NCBI GenBank assembly: GCA_036397835.1
Contig: DASWIG010000100.1
Span: 67 to 64,066, forward strand
Direction: 5' to 3'
Length of the DNA: 64,000 nt
From: Thermoanaerobaculia bacterium
Lineage (GTDB): Bacteria > Acidobacteriota > Thermoanaerobaculia > Multivoradales > J023
Below the pieces are notes generated by a model, which searched no databases, had not been told where the DNA came from, and saw nothing but the letters and a program-made list of their open reading frames with translations. Position 1 is the first letter of the stretch. The number at the start of each line of letters is the position of its first letter. Position numbers and translations under genes: made by a program. Below are positions 56,441 through 64,000 of the stretch, one piece after another.

Positions 56441-56571
56441 ACCAGGCCCTGGCCAAGGTCATGGTCCAGCGGCTGTCGCGCGAATCGCCCAGCGGATCCA
56501 GGGGAGCAGGAGCCGCGGCGCGTTCGCTTTCCCCGCTTCGCCTGTGATAGAACGGCCGGCGGAGCTTCACG

Positions 56572-57453
56572 ATGCGACTGATCACCCGTGGCGATCTCGA
56601 CGGTCTGGCGTGCTCGGTCATCATCACCGAGCACGAAGACGTCTCGGAGATCGTCCTGCTCCATCCGCAGGACATCACCGACGAGCGCATCGAGGTCACG
56701 GGCGAGGACGTGATCGCCAACCTGCCCTTCCACCCCCGCTGCGCCCTGTGGTTCGACCACCACCTGCAGACGTCGTCGAACAAGCGTCCCGAGGGCGAGT
56801 TCAACGGCCGCTACGGCCTGGCGCCGAGCGCCGCGCAACTGGTCTGGGAGCACTACGGCAACGAGCCGCGCTTCGAGCAGCTCATCGAGGAAACCAACCG
56901 GCTCGACTCGGCGCAGCTCACCCACGCCGACGTGCTCGACCCCAAGGACTACATCCTGCTCGGCTACACCATCGACAGCCGCACCGGGCTCGGCGCCTTC
57001 GAGTACTACTTCCGCCAGTGCGTCGAGTGGGTCAGGGCGATGCCGATCGCGGAGGTGCTGCGTCAGCCCATGGTGATCGAGCGCGTCGAGCGCATCCGCG
57101 AGGAGGACGACAGCTTCCGCGAGGCCCTGCTCGCCGCCACCGCCCTCCACGGCAACGTGATCTTCACCGACTTCCGCGACAGCCCCTACCTGCCGATCGG
57201 CAACCGCTTCCTCGTCTACACCCTGTTCCCCGACGGCAACGTGTCGCTGCGCGTCCACTGGGGCCCGGACCGCAAGTTCGCGGTGGCGGCGGTGGCCCAC
57301 TCGATCTTCAACCGTACCTGCAAGACCAACGTCGGCCAGCTCATGGCCCGCTACGGCGGCGGCGGCCACCACGGCGCCGGCTCGACGCCGCTGCCCACCG
57401 AGCGCGCCGACGACCTCATCGGCGAGCTCCTGGAAGAGTTGTGGGAGAAGTGA
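56572..57453 (+). CDS. Putative DHH-superfamily phosphoesterase (COG2404-like)
   Basis: MRLITRGDLDGLACSVII...HPQD...FDHH motifs reminiscent of DHH phosphoesterases; assignment tentative. Confidence 0.45.
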   Translation: MRLITRGDLDGLACSVIITEHEDVSEIVLLHPQDITDERIEVTGEDVIANLPFHPRCALWFDHHLQTSSNKRPEGEFNGRYGLAPSAAQLVWEHYGNEPRFEQLIEETNRLDSAQLTHADVLDPKDYILLGYTIDSRTGLGAFEYYFRQCVEWVRAMPIAEVLRQPMVIERVERIREEDDSFREALLAATALHGNVIFTDFRDSPYLPIGNRFLVYTLFPDGNVSLRVHWGPDRKFAVAAVAHSIFNRTCKTNVGQLMARYGGGGHHGAGSTPLPTERADDLIGELLEELWEK

Positions 57454-59531
57454 CGGCCGACCGACGCCTCGCCGCCGCGGCGGCCGTGACCGCGGCGCTG
57501 CTCACGGCCGTGGTCGCCGTGGGCTGCGCCACCGCGACCGGGAGCCGGGACGCCGCCCTTCCCGGCCCGGCGGTCTCGCTCGACGTCGACCACCTCGAGC
57601 AGCGGGCACTGCTCCTGCTGCTCGCCGACCGCCAGACCTACGAGCCGGTGACGATCGACGCCGCCCTCGACGCCTCGCCCGAGCTGCGGCGGCAGGCCGC
57701 CCTCACCCTGGGGCGCCTCGCCGACGCCCGCGGCGGACCGGTGCTCGCCTCGCTCCTCGCCGACGCCGACGCCGCCGTGCGCCGCGCCGCCGCTTTCGCT
57801 CTGGGCGAGCTCGGCGAGGACCTGCGCGCGCGCCCGGCGGCGGCCGAAGAGGGCTACGTGGAGGCGGCGGCCGCGGCGCTGCTCGGCACCGTCAACGACC
57901 CCGACCGCGACAGCGGACGCCTCGCCGTGGAGGCCCTGGCGAAGCTCGGCGTCACCGTGGAGACGGTGGCCGAGCGCCTCATCGAGGGACCCTCGGAGGA
58001 GCTGCTGCCGCGCCTGCTGCCCTCGCTCTTCCGTTTCCAGAGCCGCGAGGATCCGAGCGCCGGCGTGGTCCGTTGGGCCGCCGCCGGCCTCGCCGAGGAC
58101 GACGGCGAGCGGCGCCGCCAGGCGGCCTACGCCCTGGCGCGCACGCCGCTGCCGGAGAGCGCGCCGGCGCTGCGCCCGCTGCTCGCGGACGGCGACGCCG
58201 AGGTCCGCGGCTGGGCCGCGCGCGCCCTCGGCGAGGTGGGGGAGCGTCCCGACCTCGACCTGCTGCGCCCGCTCCTCGACGACCCGGCGCCGGGGCCGAT
58301 CGTCCAGGCCCTGCGCGCGGCGCGCCGCCTGATCGCCGCCGGCACGGCGGCGCCGCCTTCGCACTGGCAGCCGCGGCTGCTCGAGCTCCTGGACGAGGCG
58401 CGCCCGGGGGTGCGGCTGACCGCCGTCGAGGCGGCGGGCTCGTGGCTGCTCGACGACGAGCTGGGCGAGGCCCTGGTGACCCTGGCCGCCGCCGGCCATC
58501 CCCGCGAGCGCCAGCTCGCGCTGCTCGCCCTGGCCGAAGGCGAGGACCCGCGGGCCGTGATCGCGCTGGCGGCGGCGGCCCGCGACGCCGACGTGGCGGT
58601 GCGCCGCAACGCCGCCCGCGCCGCCGGATTGCTGAGCGCCGTGGAGGTGCTCGAGCAGCTCGCCGACGACGAGCACCCGGCGGTGCGCGCGGCGGTCCTC
58701 GAGACCTGGCTCGCCGCGGACCCCGACGACGCGGCGGCGCGCGCCGCCGAAGGTCTCGCCGACGCCGACGCCGGCGTGCGCGCCACCGCCTTCGAGTGGC
58801 TCGCCGAGCACCCCGTCGTCCCCCTCGAGCTGCTCGTGGAGGCCCTCGCGGCGTCGCTGCGCGACCGCATCCCCGACTCCCGCCTCGCCGGCGTCGACGC
58901 GCTGGCGGCGCGCGCCGCGGCCGAGCCCCTGGAGCGCGGCGCCCTGATCGCCGAGCTCGAGACCCTGGCGCGCGACGAAGCCTACCTGGTGCGGAGCCGG
59001 GCGTCCGCGGCCCTCGCCGGCCTCGGCCGCGAGGCCCCCGAGCCCGGCGCCCTGCGCCTGAGGAAGCCGGTCGAGGTCTACCGCGACGTGGTGCGGCGCA
59101 CGGCGCGTCCGCGGCGGGCGACGATCCGCACCGAGCGCGGCGACGTGGTGGTGGAGCTGGCCTGCCCCGAGGCGCCGCTGACCTGCCTCAACTTCCTGCA
59201 GCTCGGCGCCCAGGGCTTCTACGACGGCCTGCCCTTCCACCGGGTGGTGCCCGACTTCGTGGTCCAGGCCGGCGATCCGCGCGGCGACGGCCGCGGCGGC
59301 CCGGGCTATCAGATCCGCGATGAGATCAACGTGCTGCGCTACGAGCCCGGCGTCCTCGGCATGGCGCTGGCGGGCCCCGACACCGGCGGCAGCCAGTTCT
59401 TCCTCACCCTGGCGCCCCAGCCCCACCTCGACGGCGGCTACACCGTCTTCGGCCGCGTGGTCGCCGGCCTCGAGGTCCTGGACCAGGTCGTCCAGGGCGA
59501 CCGCATCCTCGGCGTCGTCGAGGAGCCGTAA
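57450..59531 (+). CDS. Lipoprotein with HEAT-like (PBS-lyase type) repeats and C-terminal cyclophilin-type peptidyl-prolyl isomerase
   Basis: Lipobox LTAVVAVGCA; repeated ...DAAVRRAAAFALGELG... HEAT-like units; C-terminal LNFLQLGAQGFYDGLPFHRVVPDFVVQAGDPRGDGRGGPGY...GSQFFLTLAPQPHLDGGYTVFGRV; GTGA overlap with the upstream gene. Confidence 0.8.
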   Translation: MTADRRLAAAAAVTAALLTAVVAVGCATATGSRDAALPGPAVSLDVDHLEQRALLLLLADRQTYEPVTIDAALDASPELRRQAALTLGRLADARGGPVLASLLADADAAVRRAAAFALGELGEDLRARPAAAEEGYVEAAAAALLGTVNDPDRDSGRLAVEALAKLGVTVETVAERLIEGPSEELLPRLLPSLFRFQSREDPSAGVVRWAAAGLAEDDGERRRQAAYALARTPLPESAPALRPLLADGDAEVRGWAARALGEVGERPDLDLLRPLLDDPAPGPIVQALRAARRLIAAGTAAPPSHWQPRLLELLDEARPGVRLTAVEAAGSWLLDDELGEALVTLAAAGHPRERQLALLALAEGEDPRAVIALAAAARDADVAVRRNAARAAGLLSAVEVLEQLADDEHPAVRAAVLETWLAADPDDAAARAAEGLADADAGVRATAFEWLAEHPVVPLELLVEALAASLRDRIPDSRLAGVDALAARAAAEPLERGALIAELETLARDEAYLVRSRASAALAGLGREAPEPGALRLRKPVEVYRDVVRRTARPRRATIRTERGDVVVELACPEAPLTCLNFLQLGAQGFYDGLPFHRVVPDFVVQAGDPRGDGRGGPGYQIRDEINVLRYEPGVLGMALAGPDTGGSQFFLTLAPQPHLDGGYTVFGRVVAGLEVLDQVVQGDRILGVVEEP

Positions 59532-59544
59532 GAGGCCGACTTCG

Positions 59545-59575
59545 TCGACCGAATCCCCCTGCCCCTTTGAAAAGG
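59545..59575 (+). terminator. Perfect GC hairpin CCCCCTGCCCC-TTTGAAAA-GGGGCAGGGGG after the cyclophilin gene (no U-tract)
   Basis: Seen directly. Confidence 0.45.
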
Positions 59576-59653
59576 GGGCAGGGGGATATCCCCGCCGGCC
59601 GTGGGATACTGTGCCGGTCCTGCAACCTTCCTCCTGACGCTGCGTAGTAGCCC

Positions 59654-60238
59654 ATGTCGAGACCGATGCAAGCCCAAGACGAAGAGTTGGTGGAGTCGGT
59701 GCTCGCGGGAAAGGTGGAGCTCTTTGCCGAGCTGATCGAGCGCTATCAGGGTCGACTGGTCAACTACCTGTACCGGATGCTGCGCAACGAGGAGGACGCT
59801 CATGATCTCGCCCAGGAAGTGTTCCTCAAGATCTACGGCGCCCTCGACCGGTTCGATCCGCGCTACCGCTTCTCGACCTGGCTGTTCCGGGTGGCCCAGA
59901 ACGCGGCCATCGACCAGATCCGGAAGCGGCGGCTGAAGCTGGTCTCGATCCACCGCCCCGAAGACGCCGACGGGGACGGTGGCGATTGGGAGCTCCCGGG
60001 CGAGGGGCCGACGCCCTATCAGGCAAGACGCAACGTAGAGCGGGGCACGGCGATCCGGGAGGCGATCGGGGAGCTGCCCTGGGAGTACCAGGAGCTGATC
60101 ACCCTCCGGCACTACGGAGAGCTGTCTTACGACGAGATCGCAACGCTCAAGAACATGCCGCTGGGCACCGTGAAGAACAAGCTCTTTCGCGGCCGGCAGA
60201 TGCTCAAGGAAAAGCTGGGAGACTTCCTGACCGATTGA
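59654..60238 (+). CDS. ECF-subfamily RNA polymerase sigma factor
   Basis: Sigma-70 region 2 DLAQEVFLKIY...FSTWLFRVAQNAAIDQIRKRR and region 4 ITLRHYGELSYDEIATLKNMPLGTVKNKLFRGR. Confidence 0.85.
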   Translation: MSRPMQAQDEELVESVLAGKVELFAELIERYQGRLVNYLYRMLRNEEDAHDLAQEVFLKIYGALDRFDPRYRFSTWLFRVAQNAAIDQIRKRRLKLVSIHRPEDADGDGGDWELPGEGPTPYQARRNVERGTAIREAIGELPWEYQELITLRHYGELSYDEIATLKNMPLGTVKNKLFRGRQMLKEKLGDFLTD

Positions 60239-60254
60239 CTCCCTCAAGACAGGC

Positions 60255-60863
60255 ATGGAGAGGCATTCGATGAAGACCATGGATCGGGAAAACGTCGCCG
60301 AGTGGCTGGATCTCGACGTCGACGGCCAGCTCGGCGAAGCCGAGCGCGCACGGTTGGCGCAGGTCCTGGCGGCGGGCGGTGAGCTGGCGGCCGAGCGCCG
60401 CCGCCTGGAGGCCCTGCATGCCGATCTCGCGGCCGCCCGCGTCGCCGTGCGGCCCGGCTTCCGCGACGCGGTGATGGCGTCGCTGCCGGCGCCTGCCTGG
60501 CGGCGCGGCAGGTCGTGGACGCTGCCGCTGGCGATGGCGGTCGGCTTCGCCGTCGCCGCCGCTCTTGCCCTCGCGGGTGCGTCCGCCGAAGGCGCGGCCC
60601 TCGGCACCGGCGTCGCCGTGCTCGACCTGCTCGCCACCGCGCTGCTCGCCGGCTCGGGGCTGCTGGCGGCGTCGTGGCGCGGCCTGGCCCTCGCCCTCGA
60701 GGAGCTCATCTCGGCGTCGGGACTGAGCCTCGCCGCCATGGCGCTCGGCGTGCTCTTCCTCAACCTGCTGTTCTTCTCGATGCTGCGCCGCCGCCGGCCG
60801 CACGACCCTCAGCCGGTGCTCGAAAGGGCGGCCGTGGAGCGCGATACAATAGAGCGTCAGTGA
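60255..60863 (+). CDS. Membrane anti-sigma factor (predicted)
   Basis: Immediately downstream of the ECF sigma; N-terminal anti-sigma-like helix then TM helices. Confidence 0.55.
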   Translation: MERHSMKTMDRENVAEWLDLDVDGQLGEAERARLAQVLAAGGELAAERRRLEALHADLAAARVAVRPGFRDAVMASLPAPAWRRGRSWTLPLAMAVGFAVAAALALAGASAEGAALGTGVAVLDLLATALLAGSGLLAASWRGLALALEELISASGLSLAAMALGVLFLNLLFFSMLRRRRPHDPQPVLERAAVERDTIERQ

Positions 60864-61786
60864 GACGACGTTTCCCGCTTCCCCTCCTGCCGCTCGCCGT
60901 GGCGGCGGCCTGCGTGATCGCGGCGGCGCCCGGCCCCGCCGATCCCGCCGGCGACGAGACGCCGGCCTATCACCTTCAGCGGGGCAGCGTGGCGCGCCGC
61001 CACGTCGTGGCCCTCGGACGCGACATGGTCGTCGACGGCCACGCGCGCAGCCACGCCGTGGTGATGAGCGGCTCGATCCGGGTGTCGGGCACAGTGGACG
61101 GCGACGTGATCGTGATCTCGGGCGACGCGCGCCTGGCGCCGACGGCCGAGGTCGCGGGCGACGTCTACGTGCTCGGCGGCAGGATCGAGGCGTCGCCGGG
61201 CGCCGCGATCGGCGGCCGCTCGGTGGCATATCCCGACGCTTCGGCGTTGTGGATGGGATTGCTCGAGGCGCCGTCGCTGGGCCGCTCGGCGTTCTCCCCC
61301 GTCGTCCTCGGGGCCCAGCTCGCGCTCCTCGCCTTCTGGTCGTTCATGGTGCTGCTGGTCCTGAGCGTCGGCCGGCGCGAGCTGTTGTCGACCTCGGAGA
61401 GCGTGCGCGCGGAGCCCTTCCGCAACTTCCTGCTCGGCCTCGTCGGCGTCGCCGCGATGACCCTGACGGCGCTCCTCTTCAGCGCCTTCTCGGGCATGCT
61501 GCTGGGGGTGCCGCTGCTGGTGCTGGTGGCGGTGGCGGCGCTGGTGCTGCGCTTCTGGGGCATGGTGGCCGTCTTCCATGCCCTCGGCGATTGGCTGTGC
61601 CGCGTGCTGCGCAAACGCCCGCCGCTGCCCCTGGTGGCGGCGAGCTGCGGCCTCCTCGTCCTCGGGATCCTCAAGCTCTTCCCGTGGATCGGCGCCTGGA
61701 CCTGGATGGCGGCGACGTTCATCGGCGTCGGCGCGGCGCTGTCGACCAAGATGGGACGGCGCGAGACCTGGTTCGAGACCGTCTGA
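60859..61786 (+). CDS. Bactofilin-like (polymer-forming beta-helix, DUF583-type) domain protein with C-terminal multi-TM region
   Basis: VVMSGSIRVSGTVDGDVIVISGDARLAPTAEVAGDVYVLGGRIE beta-helix repeat; signal/TM N-terminus; 3-4 C-terminal TM helices; GTGA overlap. Confidence 0.5.
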
Positions 61787-61898
61787 AGGACCGGCGTCGT
61801 CAACGCTGGAAGCGCGGGCGTCTCGCCCGCGGGTTAGGCTTCTCGAGACCGTATCGTAATGGAGCGGCGCGACGCGCCCCGGCACGACGCGCCCTATC

Positions 61899-62459
61899 AT
61901 GACCAACGACGTCACCCAGCTTCTCGTCGACTGGAGCAACGGCGACGAGGGCGCCCTCCGGGAGCTGCTCCCCCTGGTCTACGACGAGCTCCACCGCCTC
62001 GCTGAAACCTACATGCGGCGGGAACGGCCCGGTCACACCCTGCAACCTACGGCGCTCGTCCACGAGGCGTACCTGCGGCTCGTCGACCAGACACGCGTGA
62101 GGTGGCGCAACCGCGCCCACTTCATCGGCGTTGCGGCGCAGTTGATGCGCCGCGTCGCCGTCAAGCACGCCGAGCGTCACCGCGCCGCCAAACGCGGCGG
62201 CGGCGCGTTGCGTATGCCCTTCGACGAAGCCGCGCTGCCGGGCACCGCGAGCGAGGAGGACGTGATCGCCCTCGACGAGGCCCTCGAGCGCTTGAAGCAG
62301 CTCGACCCGCGCCAGAGCCGGATCGTGGAGCTGCGGTTCTTCGGCGGGCTCACGGGCAAGGAAATGACCGCGGTGCTGGGCGTCTCGCAGGCCACCCTCG
62401 ATCGCGAGTGGCGCGCGGCCCGGGCCTGGCTGCGCCGCGAGCTCGCCGCCGGCCGCTGA
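61899..62459 (+). CDS. ECF sigma factor of the kinase-associated type
   Basis: LLPLVYDELHRLAETYMRRERPGHTLQPTALVHEAYLRL (region 2-like) and region 4 ELRFFGGLTGKEMTAVLGVSQATLDREW. Confidence 0.8.
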   Translation: MTNDVTQLLVDWSNGDEGALRELLPLVYDELHRLAETYMRRERPGHTLQPTALVHEAYLRLVDQTRVRWRNRAHFIGVAAQLMRRVAVKHAERHRAAKRGGGALRMPFDEAALPGTASEEDVIALDEALERLKQLDPRQSRIVELRFFGGLTGKEMTAVLGVSQATLDREWRAARAWLRRELAAGR

Positions 62460-62478
62460 CGGGGAGGAGAAGGGGACC

Positions 62479-64000
62479 GTGTCACGGCGGCGCTGGCAGC
62501 AGGTCAAGGCCCTCTTCCAGGCCGCCCTGGAGCGCGACGCGGACGACCGCGACGCCTTTCTCGAGACGGCCTGCGCCGGCGACGGCGCCCTCCGCGCCGA
62601 AGTGGCGTCGCTCCTGGCGTCCGACGCCGACGAGCTGCCGTGGCTCGATCGTCCGGTCTTCGAGGCCGCGGCCGGGCTGCTGGCGAGCGATCCGACGGCC
62701 GGCGCGGGCTCGCGGATCGGCCCCTACGGGCTGGTCCGCGAGCTCGGCCGCGGCGGCATGGGCCGCGTCTTCCTGGCGGCGCGGGCCGACGGCGCTTTCG
62801 AGCAGCAGGTGGCCGTCAAGCTGCTGCGGCGGGGCATGGACAGCGACGACCTGGTGCGCCGCTTCCGCCAGGAGCGCCAGATCCTCGCCAGCCTCGATCA
62901 CCCCCACATCGCCCGCCTGCTCGACGGCGGCGTGACGGCGGCGGGCGAGCCCTACCTGGTCATGGAATACGTGGACGGCGAGCCCCTCGACGCCTACTGC
63001 GCGCGGCGGCGTCTGGCCGTGACGGCCCGGGTCGAGCTCTTCCGCGCCGTGTGCTCGGCCGTACACTTCGCCCACCGCCACTTGGTGGTGCACTGCGACC
63101 TCAAGGCGTCGAACGTCCTGGTGACGGCCGGCGGCGTGCCCAAGCTCCTCGACTTCGGCGTCGCCAAGCTGCTGGGGTCCGAGCACGTCCCCCGGCTCAC
63201 CGGCGTCACCGCGCCCGGCCTGCGCCTGATGACCCCGGACTACGCCAGCCCGGAGCAGGTGCGGGGCGAGGGCGTGACCACCGCCAGCGACGTTTACTCC
63301 CTCGGCGTGTTGCTCTACGAGGTGCTGACCGGGCGGCTGCCCTATCGCTTGGCGAGCCGGTCGCCGCGGGAGGTCGAGCGGGTGATCTGCGAGCAGGAGC
63401 CGGCGAGGCCGAGCTCCGTCGCCGGCGCATCCGGCGTCGAGCCGGGGGGTCTCGTGGGGGATCTCGACAACGTCGTGCTGATGGCCTTGCACAAGGATCC
63501 CGGACGGCGCTACGGGTCGGTCGAGCAGCTCGCGGAGGACCTGCGGCGGCATCTCGCGGGCCTGCCGGTCCTCGCCCACACGGACTCCTGGCGCTACCGC
63601 GCCGGCAAGTTCGTGCGCCGGCACCGGCTCGAGGTCGTGGCCGCGGCCCTGACCGCGCTCTCGTTGCTGGCCGGCATGGCGACGACCGCCTGGCAGGCGC
63701 GCGAGGCGAGGACCCAACGGGAGAACGCCCGCCTCCAGCAGGCCGCGGCCGAGCAGGTCGCCGACTTCCTGGCCCGCCTGCTGCAGCAGGCCGACCCCCG
63801 CGGCCGCGGCGGCGAGACGGTGACGGTGCGCGAGGCGCTCGACCAGGGCGCCGCGCTGGTGGAGCGCGAGCTGCGCGACCAGCCGCTGGTGCAGGCGCGG
63901 ATGATGGACACCATCGGCGTGGCCTATCACAACCTCGGCCTCTACGACGCCGCGCTGCCGCTGCTCGAGAAGGCCCTGGCGACTCGGCGCCGGCTGCTCG
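62479..64000 (+). CDS. Ser/Thr protein kinase with TM segment and C-terminal TPR region; partial, continues past window end
   Basis: LGRGGMGRVF glycine loop; VAVKLL; HRDLKASN catalytic loop (HCDLKASN here); DFG; APE (SPEQ); TM RRHRLEVVAAALTALSLLAGMATTAW; GTG start after GGAGGAGAAGGGG. Confidence 0.85.
   Translation, partial: MSRRRWQQVKALFQAALERDADDRDAFLETACAGDGALRAEVASLLASDADELPWLDRPVFEAAAGLLASDPTAGAGSRIGPYGLVRELGRGGMGRVFLAARADGAFEQQVAVKLLRRGMDSDDLVRRFRQERQILASLDHPHIARLLDGGVTAAGEPYLVMEYVDGEPLDAYCARRRLAVTARVELFRAVCSAVHFAHRHLVVHCDLKASNVLVTAGGVPKLLDFGVAKLLGSEHVPRLTGVTAPGLRLMTPDYASPEQVRGEGVTTASDVYSLGVLLYEVLTGRLPYRLASRSPREVERVICEQEPARPSSVAGASGVEPGGLVGDLDNVVLMALHKDPGRRYGSVEQLAEDLRRHLAGLPVLAHTDSWRYRAGKFVRRHRLEVVAAALTALSLLAGMATTAWQAREARTQRENARLQQAAAEQVADFLARLLQQADPRGRGGETVTVREALDQGAALVERELRDQPLVQARMMDTIGVAYHNLGLYDAALPLLEKALATRRRLL

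Noticed and set aside
60515-60858. N-terminal 115 aa of listed ORF 60515..61786
   Set aside because: That frame overlaps the anti-sigma gene. The real gene starts at GTG 60859 (GTGA coupling), where the signal peptide begins.

Overview
This is a high-GC (about 70%) bacterial chromosomal segment. The taxon is not certain; the ECF sigma / Ser-Thr kinase pairs, many TPR proteins and multiheme cytochromes suggest a Myxococcota/Acidobacteria/Gemmatimonadota-like organism. Because of the GC content, most of the long ORFs in the six-frame track are antisense or frame-shadow artefacts. The genes I judge real are the following. Housekeeping genes: htpG, ddl, nth, rarA, mrp/apbC, a BshA-like GT4 glycosyltransferase, an Omp85-family outer membrane protein, and a HEAT-repeat cyclophilin. 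Accessory modules: (1) a type IV pilus minor-pilin cluster (FimT/GspH-like, PilV-, PilW-, PilX-like, a 1615-aa PilY1-like vWA adhesin and a Pro-rich secreted protein), preceded by a sigma54 -24/-12 promoter and followed by a PilS/PilR-like sensor kinase and sigma54 activator. (2) An AbiEi/AbiEii type IV toxin-antitoxin pair with an inverted-repeat operator. (3) Two lower-GC arrays of about 42-43-bp hairpin-containing tandem repeats (1222-1660 and 23428-23812), the second next to a pentapeptide-repeat gene. (4) A roughly 5.5-kb island inserted at the 3' end of htpG and bounded by about 55-bp direct repeats of the htpG terminus. It encodes an RHH regulator, a 2-TM protein, a CHAT(caspase-like)-NB-ARC-TPR STAND NTPase and a DUF4143-type AAA ATPase. 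(5) A 985-aa GHKL (Hsp90/MutL-like) ATPase fused to a transglutaminase-like domain with TM segments, followed by a 518-aa partner of unknown function. (6) A lower-GC islet (39.2-42.8 kb) of small proteins plus a 589-aa secreted protein. The region 550-1100 holds gene remnants (a WD40 fragment and a metallophosphoesterase fragment) and an orphan HicB. All calls rest on reading motifs in the translations. No database search was possible.
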